Part shown: positions 23,020-30,515 of the stretch, one piece after another
Layout: every line of letters starts with the position of its first letter
Numbering within the stretch: position 1 is the stretch's first letter
DNA from: Myxococcota bacterium
GTDB lineage: Bacteria; Myxococcota_A; Polyangia; Polyangiales; Houyiibacteriaceae
Reading direction: 5' to 3'
Assembly (NCBI GenBank): GCA_039028875.1
Contig: JBCCHE010000003.1
Span: 128,130 to 192,129 of the forward strand
DNA: 64,000 nt
Program-made: the position numbers and the translations under genes
The notes under the pieces: generated by a model
Databases searched by the model: none
What the model was told of the DNA's origin: nothing
The model's input: the letters and a program-made list of their open reading frames with translations, nothing else

Positions 23020-24642
23020 ATGCACGAAGTCATTCAAGCCATTGAAGCCATCTACCAAAAGGCCCACGGAAACCTGAAAGCCAAGGTCTCGGAGGGCGAC
23101 CGCATCAGCGGCAGCAAGCTCAACGCAAACCAACTTGGTGCGCACGCCCTCGCGTTCATCGCGACGGAGCTCGAAGCATGCCGGCAGTTGGCCGAATGGG
23201 CAGCGCGAGTGGGAGATGAGTACTCGGCGAAGGTCGCCCGCGCGTACGTCGGCGAGGTGGCTCGTGAGTTGGTAGGTGGCGTCGACCTCGGCGCCTGCGA
23301 GAGCATCGGCCTCGATGAGCTCGGGATTACGCAGTCGGACTTGATGGAGACCCTCCTTCGGCCGGACGTAGTTGCGTTCTCGTCCGAGCACACGAACGGC
23401 GCGGTCTATCTCGAACTCGCCGCCAAAGCGCGGGACGACGGGTCCCCGAACCCAGGGATGGGCGACCCCATGCTGGACGAGATCCGTTCCCAGTTCTCGA
23501 AGTTCGTCGACGTCGAGGTGGTCCCACGCGCGCAGGAGATCCACCGAAACGACATCCTTATCCCGATGGACATCGTCGAGCAGATGAGCGAGCTCGGGGT
23601 CTTCGGGCTCACCATCCCGGAAGAGTACGGCGGCCTCGGGATGACCAAGGTGGCGATGTGCATCGTGACGGAAGAGCTCTCTCGTGGGTACATCGGGGTG
23701 GGCTCCCTCGGGACACGCGCCGAAATCGCCGCCGAGCTCATTCTCGGCGGGGGCACGGAGGAGCAAAAGCAGAACTGGCTCCCCCGGATCGCTGCCGGCG
23801 AGGTCCTGTCAACGGCGGTCTTCACGGAACCGAACACGGGGTCCGACCTTGCGCACCTCGGCACGCGCGCGATCAAACAGGACGACGGTAGCTACACGGT
23901 GAGCGGGGCCAAAACCTGGATCACCCACGCCGTGCGCGCCGATCTGATGACCCTCTTGGCGCGAACCAACCCCGACGAGCCTGGCTACAAGGGCCTGTCG
24001 ATGTTCCTCGCCGAAAAGACCCGGCTGACCGGGGAAGACGGCGAGCCTGAGTTCGTCGACGAAGGCCTGACGGGGACCGAGATCAAAGTGCTCGGATACC
24101 GCGGGATGAAGGAATACGAGCTGAGCTTCGACAACTTCAAGCTGCCCGAGGGGTCGTTGCTTGGGGGACAGGAGGGCGCCGGCTTCAAGCAACTCATGCG
24201 CACCTTCGAAAGCGCCCGCATCCAGACGGCGGCACGGGGCGTGGGTGTGGCCCAGGCCGCGCTTGAGGACGCCATCCTCTACGCGACCGAACGCGAACAG
24301 TTCGGCGGGCCGATCTTCCAGTTCCCACGAGTGGCTCGCAAAATCGGCAGAATGATCGTCCGCACCGAAGCGGCCCGACAACTCACCTACTTCAGCGCCC
24401 GCGAAAAGGACCAAGAGAAGCGTTGTGACCTCGAAGCAGGCATGGCCAAGCTCCTCGCAACACGTGCCGCGTGGGAGTCCGCCGACGCCAACGTCCAAAT
24501 CCACGGCGGCAACGGCTACGCCGAGGAATACACAGCGTCGCGAATCCTCGTCGACTCCCGCGTCCTCAGCATCTTCGAAGGCGCCAACGAAATCCAAGCC
24601 CACGTCGTAGCCCGCCGCCTCCTCGAATCGGGGTCACGCTAG
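23020..24642 (+). CDS. Acyl-CoA dehydrogenase with ~165-aa N-terminal extension ((2S)-methylsuccinyl-CoA dehydrogenase-like)
   Basis: ATG at 23020 is preceded by GGAGAC. The canonical ACAD fold starts near MLDEIRSQFSKFVDVEVVPRAQEIHRND and continues with GLTIPEEYGGLGM, TEPNTGSDL, WITHA and the C-terminal IFEGANEIQ. The length is 540 aa against about 380 for ordinary ACADs. Confidence 0.8.
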   Translation: MHEVIQAIEAIYQKAHGNLKAKVSEGDRISGSKLNANQLGAHALAFIATELEACRQLAEWAARVGDEYSAKVARAYVGEVARELVGGVDLGACESIGLDELGITQSDLMETLLRPDVVAFSSEHTNGAVYLELAAKARDDGSPNPGMGDPMLDEIRSQFSKFVDVEVVPRAQEIHRNDILIPMDIVEQMSELGVFGLTIPEEYGGLGMTKVAMCIVTEELSRGYIGVGSLGTRAEIAAELILGGGTEEQKQNWLPRIAAGEVLSTAVFTEPNTGSDLAHLGTRAIKQDDGSYTVSGAKTWITHAVRADLMTLLARTNPDEPGYKGLSMFLAEKTRLTGEDGEPEFVDEGLTGTEIKVLGYRGMKEYELSFDNFKLPEGSLLGGQEGAGFKQLMRTFESARIQTAARGVGVAQAALEDAILYATEREQFGGPIFQFPRVARKIGRMIVRTEAARQLTYFSAREKDQEKRCDLEAGMAKLLATRAAWESADANVQIHGGNGYAEEYTASRILVDSRVLSIFEGANEIQAHVVARRLLESGSR

Positions 24643-24720
24643 CCCTCCAAAACCCCTTTACATTCATACCCTTAGAGCCCGCACCGCGAAAACCCGCCCG
24701 ACCCCCGCAACCACTCCCCT
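24643..24720 (+). terminator. C-rich, G-poor tract downstream of the mutase operon (candidate rut site / Rho-dependent termination zone)
   Basis: My hand count over the 78 nt after the TAG stop is about 40 C and 8 G. This is strongly skewed for an otherwise G~C balanced, GC-rich sequence. No stem-loop with a U-tract is present. Confidence 0.3.
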
Positions 24721-24831
24721 GAGTCCGCGCCATCGACCGATGTGTCGAAAGGGTTTCCACACGGTTTAAACGCCGGAGTTGCAGGGGCAAAAGCCCCCGC
24801 AGTCGTGAGTGCGCCTCTACACTGCACGACG

Positions 24832-25917
24832 ATGTTCGGCGATCTCAACCCCGCTCACCGGAGGATCGCCCAAGGGTTCGTGTTTCTCGGCGCGGTCTGC
24901 CTGGCTGCGGTGGCGGGATACATGGCGCTTGGGTGGAGCTTCTCCGATGCGGTCTACATGGTCGCCATCACGATCTTCAGCGTGGGCTACGGCGAAATCC
25001 ATCCTGTGGTCGGGCCGGTGCGTTGGTTCACCGTCGTCGTCATCATCCTTGGCTGTTCGTCGCTCCTCTACATCTTGGGCGGGTTCTTTCAACTCGTCGC
25101 GGAGGGCGAACTCAACCGATTGATCGGAAATCGCAAAATGAAGAAGTCCATCGAAGAGCTGACGGGTCACATCATCGTTTGCGGTGTCGGCCGCATCGGA
25201 CGGGTACTGGTGTCCGACCTCGAAAAAGGAGGCGCCACGGTCGTGCTCGTCGATAGCAACTCCGAACGGATCACGGCCGCCGTCGAAGCGGGTGCATACG
25301 GCCTCGTCGGTGACGCCACATCCGACGACGTGCTCGAACAGGCAGGCGTGCGACGCGCAAGCGCGCTTGCCACGGTGCTTCCAGATGACGCCCTGAACGT
25401 CTTCATCACGCTCACCGCCCGAAACCTCAACCCAGACCTCCGCATCATCGCGCGAGCTGAAAACCCAGCGTCCGACTCCAAGATGATTCAGGCGGGCGCC
25501 GACAAAGTTGTTCTCCCGTCATCGCTCTCTGGGGAACGCGCAGCCCAGATGCTCTTGCGCCCCGCCATGGTCGACTTCTTCTCCGGGCAAGATCTCTCTG
25601 GCCTCGAGCAAGAGCTCGGCGCGCTCGGGATCCAAATGGAGCAGTTCGAGGTCGACGCCAACTCTCCGTTGATCGGACAAACCGTCGGAGCCCTCGAGAG
25701 CAACGGAGACGGCGGGTTCCTCGTCATCGCCATCCGCCGGGCTGGGGGTGAGCTCGTCCGGAACCCCGAGAAACACTTCACGTTCTCCGAAGAGGACAGT
25801 GTCCTCTTCCTGGGCCACGGGGAAGACATCCCCCATCTCAAAGAGGCCTTCGCCATCGCCAATCTCAGACCCGCGGTCCGGCGCCCCCTGACGTACAGGG
25901 GCGCCACCCGCCGGTAG
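24832..25917 (+). CDS. Potassium channel with cytoplasmic RCK/TrkA-N domain
   Basis: Two TM helices flank the selectivity filter [10 protein letters not shown]. The Rossmann motif [13 protein letters not shown] and a TrkA-C-like end follow. I chose ATG at 24832; GTG at 24742 is also possible. Confidence 0.85.
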   Translation: MFGDLNPAHRRIAQGFVFLGAVCLAAVAGYMALGWSFSDAVYMVAITIFSVGYGEIHPVVGPVRWFTVVVIILGCSSLLYILGGFFQLVAEGELNRLIGNRKMKKSIEELTGHIIVCGVGRIGRVLVSDLEKGGATVVLVDSNSERITAAVEAGAYGLVGDATSDDVLEQAGVRRASALATVLPDDALNVFITLTARNLNPDLRIIARAENPASDSKMIQAGADKVVLPSSLSGERAAQMLLRPAMVDFFSGQDLSGLEQELGALGIQMEQFEVDANSPLIGQTVGALESNGDGGFLVIAIRRAGGELVRNPEKHFTFSEEDSVLFLGHGEDIPHLKEAFAIANLRPAVRRPLTYRGATRR

Positions 25918-25921
25918 GCCA

Positions 25922-27937
25922 CTACTGGACAATCACGGTACAGACCGCGCTGCAACCCGCAGCAGGCGCGCCGTTGTCCTCGCCTGCATCACACTCCTCC
26001 CCGAAATCGGGTTGGCGAATGCCGTCACCGCAGCTCGGCCCCAGGGTGCAATCCGGATTGCAACCGTTGTACGCGCCGAGGTTGTCGCCGGCGTCGCATT
26101 CCTCGAACTCTGCATCGAGGTTGCCATCGCCGCAGAACGGTCCAAGCCCCGAGCAGTCCGGGAGGCATCGGCCGTACTCGCCTGTGTTCTGCCCATCGCC
26201 GTCATCACAGAACTCGAAGCGCGTCGCGAAACCGTCCCCACATTCGAAGTCACAACTCGAACTCTCCGTGACAAACCCGTCGAGGGTGAGACTGAAGTTC
26301 GACGCTCCGGTGTGGCGCTCGGCGTGAAAGATCGCGACTTCGTACACGTTGCCGATCGTCAACCTCTGCTTGCAGGCCGCCACGATCCCATCTTGGGTAG
26401 CGCTGTTGGCCTCGGTGGGGTCTGCGAAGCTCATGACATCGGTCTGGCTCGGATGGAGCCCGCCGACGTCGAGACAGAGGAACCCATCGACGAACACCCA
26501 CAGGTCGTCGTCGCCGCTGAACGTCAGCACCTCGTCCCCCTGATAGACGAAGAAGTAGTGCGTCTCCGTCGTGAAGCTGAAGTTCCGATACTCGCCAGCA
26601 GACGCACCACTCGGCACAAAGATGGTCTCCCCGAGAGTCGACTCGGCAGGCCACGCCAAAGGCGCCAGCGCCGCGTCATCGAGCGGGAAGAACCCTACCG
26701 ACTCCGGATCGTCGTTGCTGGAGAACGCGTAGACGTTGTCGCCGGTCTCGCTCAGGACCAACTCGCCCACGACTTCGAGGTTGCCGGTCGCTTCGACGGT
26801 CTCGCTCGTGCGGTACCATTGAGCAAAGGATTCCGATGTGTGCGGTGGCCCCTCGTTCGATCCCGAGACGTACAGGTTCGCGTCCGGGTCGTCGGAAAGC
26901 GCGGGCTTGCCGTCGACGTCCAAGAAGTCCTCGGTGATGTGGAACGCGATCCCACCGTTGCTGTCGCCCGGATTATTGAAATCGGGACTGAAGTCGGTGG
27001 GGTTGCTGTTGTTGGTGTCGTTGCTGCGAAAGTCCCGGTAGATCACGGGGATTCGAAGTGGATCGGGGAGCTCGACAGGTGTGAGAAGGCACGTGAAGCC
27101 CTCTTCCACCTGGCACTCGGCAGAGCATCCGTCCCCGTCCTGAGTGTTGCCATCGTCACACGCCTCGCTCGTTCCGGGCAGGATGACGGTGTCGCCACAC
27201 ACTGCCTGGCAGACGCCCGCACTGCAGTTGGGCTCGTTCTTGCAGGCGGCGTCGCAGCCATCGAAAGGCGTGACGTTGCCGTCATCGCACTGCTCCGTGC
27301 CCTCTCGAAGCCCGTCGCCGCAGGAAGTTGTCTCACAGTCGGCACCTGGAGTGTCGCACTTGAAGCCTTCCTCGAGCTGACACTCCTCGTTGCATCCGGG
27401 CGCGGAGGAGTTGCCATCGTCACACTGCTCGAATCCAGCAACGATGCCGTCCCCACACTCGGCAGCCCCGCAAGCCACGCCGGGCAGCGGACAACTCCAG
27501 CCGTCTTGTCGGGTGCACGTCGCATCGCATCCGTCGTCGGCGGTGGTGTTTCCGTCATCGCAGGTTTCCGGTGGGTCGATCCTCGAGTCGCCGCATACGA
27601 TGGCCACACACGCGACGCCGGCGGTCGGGCACCGGAAGCCCGGTTCGATCTCCATGCAGTCGGCAGAACAACCGTCGTCTCCTTCGCGGTTGCCGTCCTC
27701 GCAGGCCTCGGTCGCTTGCAACACGCCGTCGCCGCAATCGAGCGAGGCCATCCCGCCTGCACCGCCATCGCCGCCGGTGTTTCCAGCACCGCCGCTGCCG
27801 CCCATCGCGCCAGCCCCGCCACTGCCCGCATCGCCGCCAGTACCCCCGGTTCCACGGGGATCGGAAGCTCCACCGCCGTCCGAACAGGCCAAGGCCAGGG
27901 TCAGCGAACCTACTGCAAGAATCCGATAATAATTCAT
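25922..27937 (-). CDS. Secreted lipoprotein: Gly-rich linker, five CGDG...CDDGN...DGC cysteine-rich repeats, fibro-slime/PA14-like domain, three further Cys-rich repeats
   Basis: The lipobox is LTLALAC. The repeats follow CGDGxxxxxExCDDGNxxxxDGCxxxC. The central region (FFPLDD..., NFSFTTETHYFFVYQGDEVLTFSGDDDLWVFVDGFLCLDVGGLH) fits the fibro-slime/PA14 pattern. Confidence 0.8.
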   Translation of the reverse strand: MNYYRILAVGSLTLALACSDGGGASDPRGTGGTGGDAGSGGAGAMGGSGGAGNTGGDGGAGGMASLDCGDGVLQATEACEDGNREGDDGCSADCMEIEPGFRCPTAGVACVAIVCGDSRIDPPETCDDGNTTADDGCDATCTRQDGWSCPLPGVACGAAECGDGIVAGFEQCDDGNSSAPGCNEECQLEEGFKCDTPGADCETTSCGDGLREGTEQCDDGNVTPFDGCDAACKNEPNCSAGVCQAVCGDTVILPGTSEACDDGNTQDGDGCSAECQVEEGFTCLLTPVELPDPLRIPVIYRDFRSNDTNNSNPTDFSPDFNNPGDSNGGIAFHITEDFLDVDGKPALSDDPDANLYVSGSNEGPPHTSESFAQWYRTSETVEATGNLEVVGELVLSETGDNVYAFSSNDDPESVGFFPLDDAALAPLAWPAESTLGETIFVPSGASAGEYRNFSFTTETHYFFVYQGDEVLTFSGDDDLWVFVDGFLCLDVGGLHPSQTDVMSFADPTEANSATQDGIVAACKQRLTIGNVYEVAIFHAERHTGASNFSLTLDGFVTESSSCDFECGDGFATRFEFCDDGDGQNTGEYGRCLPDCSGLGPFCGDGNLDAEFEECDAGDNLGAYNGCNPDCTLGPSCGDGIRQPDFGEECDAGEDNGAPAAGCSAVCTVIVQ

Positions 27938-28016
27938 TTCTTGAGTATAAGTGTATTCCGAAGCGCTTCCAGCCGATTGGGGACGGTTTTCGGGTGAGCT
28001 ACATCACGAAGACCGC

Positions 28017-28667
28017 ATGAACACGCAGTCTCCACCCCCAGCGTTCGCCCCAGCGGCGGAACGAAACCGGCGAGCGATCGCCTCCGCCCTTCGCCAGTAC
28101 CTGCCGCCTCGTGGCTTGGTTCTCGAAGTGGCGAGCGGCACGGGTCAACACGCCGAACACTTCTCGGAGGTGTTCCCGAGCCTCGAGTGGCAGCCGACCG
28201 ACATCTTGGACACCGCCCTCGAGAGCATCGGCGCCCGTGCACACGCATCGGGCCGCTCCAACTTTCGGCAACCACTCCGACTGGACGTACAAAGCCAACC
28301 GTGGCCCATCGATCGCGCCAACGCGATCGTCTGCATCAACATGGTGCACATCGCGCCGTGGGAGGCGTCGCTCGCGTTGTTCGAGGGCGCAGCCCACTTG
28401 CTCTGCCCGAGCGAAGTATTGTTCACGTACGGTCCCTACCGAGTCGACGGTGCGCACACGGCGCCGAGCAATCAGGCCTTCGATCAGAACCTTCGCAGCC
28501 GAGATCCAGCATGGGGCGTTCGAGATATCGGCGAACTCGAAGAAGTAGCGGCCGCCAACGGCTTCACCCTCGAGGCGACCCTCCCCATGCCCACCGAGAA
28601 CATGACCCTCGTCTGGAAACGCGAACCCCTCCGTCACACCGGGGAGACGAAGAGCATCACGAAGTAG
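28017..28667 (+). CDS. DUF938-family class I SAM-dependent methyltransferase-like protein
   Basis: ATG at 28017. AERNRRAIASAL...VLEVASGTGQHAEHF...WQPTD and NMVHIAPW fit DUF938. The 3' end overlaps the convergent antiporter gene by 34 nt. Confidence 0.7.
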   Translation: MNTQSPPPAFAPAAERNRRAIASALRQYLPPRGLVLEVASGTGQHAEHFSEVFPSLEWQPTDILDTALESIGARAHASGRSNFRQPLRLDVQSQPWPIDRANAIVCINMVHIAPWEASLALFEGAAHLLCPSEVLFTYGPYRVDGAHTAPSNQAFDQNLRSRDPAWGVRDIGELEEVAAANGFTLEATLPMPTENMTLVWKREPLRHTGETKSITK

Positions 28668-29611
28668 GCGCCGAAGATCAACACCAGCAACCCACCCCGC
28701 TTGGTGCCGATGTGACTTTCTTTGCCTGTAAGCGCCATCACGATCAAGAGCGCGGTGACGCCGAACATGATCGGAAAGTCGCGCGTGACCAATCCATGAT
28801 CGACGGGCGCCCCCGGCGCGATGACGCCGGGTAGCCCGAGCACACCGGTCAAGTTGAACATGTTGGAACCGACGACGTTCCCGACGGCGATGTCCTGCTC
28901 GTTCCGGCGTGCCGCCGCCACGGATGCCGCAAGCTCCGGCAGGCTCGTCCCAAGCGCCACGACCGTGAGTCCAATGACGAGCTCGCTCACACCGACGCTC
29001 TCCGCTGCTTCTACCGCACCCCAGACCAAGACTCGCGACCCGCCAAGGAGAAACAGGAGGCCGACAGAGAACAACGAAACCCCCTTCCAGGTCGGCATCG
29101 CCTCCGGGAGCTCCTCATCGAGCGACGCGGTCAGCGGGTCCTCGGACTCTTTCGAGTGAGCCCGCCCCTGGACGCCGATCCACGTCATCAGCGCGACCAT
29201 GCCGGCAAGAAGAAGCCCGCCCTCGAGCCGAGTCAGCGTGTCATCGCGCAGGAAGAACCAAGCGGCACACATGATCACCACCAAGATCGGCAGCTCCCGA
29301 ATCAAGAGCTGCGAGTTGACGCGGAGAGGACGAACGAGCGCGGCGGCCCCAAGGACGAGCGTGGTGTTGGTGATGTTGGATCCGATCGCATTCCCCACGC
29401 CCATCTGGGGGCTCCCTGCCCAGGCTGCCATCCCGGACACGAGCATCTCGGGCGCGGAGGTCCCGAACGCCACGATCGTCAGGCCAATGACCAGGCGTCC
29501 GACCCCCAAATTGGTCGCGATGCCCGCCGCACCGTAGACGAATCGGTCGGCCCCCCAAACGACCGCAGCAAATCCGGTCAGGATGGCAACCGAAGCGTAG
29601 ACGAGCGTCAA
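28634..29611 (-). CDS. Ca2+/cation antiporter (CaCA family, YrbG-like)
   Basis: Duplicated alpha-repeat motifs are GTSAPEMLVS...GNAIGSNITN and GTSLPELAAS...GNVVGSNMFN. About 10 TM helices. Confidence 0.85.
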   Translation of the reverse strand: MTLVYASVAILTGFAAVVWGADRFVYGAAGIATNLGVGRLVIGLTIVAFGTSAPEMLVSGMAAWAGSPQMGVGNAIGSNITNTTLVLGAAALVRPLRVNSQLLIRELPILVVIMCAAWFFLRDDTLTRLEGGLLLAGMVALMTWIGVQGRAHSKESEDPLTASLDEELPEAMPTWKGVSLFSVGLLFLLGGSRVLVWGAVEAAESVGVSELVIGLTVVALGTSLPELAASVAAARRNEQDIAVGNVVGSNMFNLTGVLGLPGVIAPGAPVDHGLVTRDFPIMFGVTALLIVMALTGKESHIGTKRGGLLVLIFGAYFVMLFVSPV

Positions 29612-29743
29612 GAGAGCCTCGTGATGCGGTCAGCCAAGGCCGGAGTGTTGCGCAAGCGTAAGGACGCGCAAGCGGCGTGCAGATGGAGCTGGCAAACCGA
29701 CCCTTTCCGGCGGTATACCGGTCGAACAGACAAGGGGAGGAAG

Positions 29744-30505
29744 ATGGGTCAACGGCTCGAAGGCAAAGTTGCAGTCATCACGGGCGCCAGCCGGGGAATC
29801 GGGGAGGCGATCGCGATGCACATGGGACGCGAAGGCGCCAAGGTGGTGCTCGTCTCGCGCAAGATCGAGGGCCTCGAGGCGGTGGCCGCCAAGGTCCGGG
29901 AGGCCGGCGGCGATGCCACGCCGATCGCGTGCCACGTCGGCAAGGAAGACGCGCGACGACAGATGCTCGCCGAGGCGATCGAGGCGTACGGCCAAGTCGA
30001 CATCCTGGTGAACAACGCGGCGACCAATCCGCACTTCGGTCCGATGATGACGATCGACTGGGGCGCGTGGGACAAGACCTTCGAAGTCAATGTCAAAGGG
30101 TACTTCGGGATGATCAAGCTCCTCGTGAACCACCTGCAGGAGCGGAAGGCCAAAGGGTCGATCGTCAACGTCGCAAGCGTGGCCGGTCAAATGGCCGCGC
30201 CTTTTCAAGGCACCTACGCCATGACGAAGGCCGCCGTGATCTCGATGACCCGCACGCTCGCGATGGAGCTTGGCGGCGCCGGGATCCGGGTCAACGCGAT
30301 CGCCCCGGGCCTGATCGAAACCAAGTTCGCGCAAGCGCTGGTCGCCAACGACACCTTTCGTGCGATGGTCGTCGAGCGAGCGGCCGCAGGTCGTGTTGGA
30401 CAACCCGAAGACATCGCGGGGGCTGCGGTGTTTCTCGGATCCGACGAATCCGATTATGTGACGGGGGAAGTCATGGTTATCGACGGCGGTTGGACAATCG
30501 GATAG
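29744..30505 (+). CDS. Short-chain dehydrogenase/reductase (classical SDR)
   Basis: ATG at 29744 is preceded by GGGGAGG. Motifs are KVAVITGASRGIGEAIA, NNAA, YAMTKAA (YxxxK) and PGLIET. Confidence 0.9.
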   Translation: MGQRLEGKVAVITGASRGIGEAIAMHMGREGAKVVLVSRKIEGLEAVAAKVREAGGDATPIACHVGKEDARRQMLAEAIEAYGQVDILVNNAATNPHFGPMMTIDWGAWDKTFEVNVKGYFGMIKLLVNHLQERKAKGSIVNVASVAGQMAAPFQGTYAMTKAAVISMTRTLAMELGGAGIRVNAIAPGLIETKFAQALVANDTFRAMVVERAAAGRVGQPEDIAGAAVFLGSDESDYVTGEVMVIDGGWTIG

Positions 30506-30515
30506 ACGAGGGCGA

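Noticed and set aside
27960-27969. Small palindrome GAAGCGCTTC in the fibro-slime/DUF938 divergent region, and a 9-bp direct repeat GCGCAAGCG x2 (29650-29658, 29666-29674) upstream of the SDR operon
   Set aside because: They are short enough to occur by chance in GC-rich DNA, and I could not assess conservation. They are noted only as places to look if footprinting data become available.
26012-27997. Very long antisense or alternative-frame ORFs. Examples are 26012-27997 (+), 11761-13200 (+), 7931-9196 (+), 14969-16258 (-), 2468-3445 (-) and 21493-22485 (-).
   Set aside because: They lie opposite or out of frame to genes with clear family motifs. Their translations are Arg/Pro/Gly/Ala-rich low complexity, as expected from stop-poor frames in GC-rich DNA.
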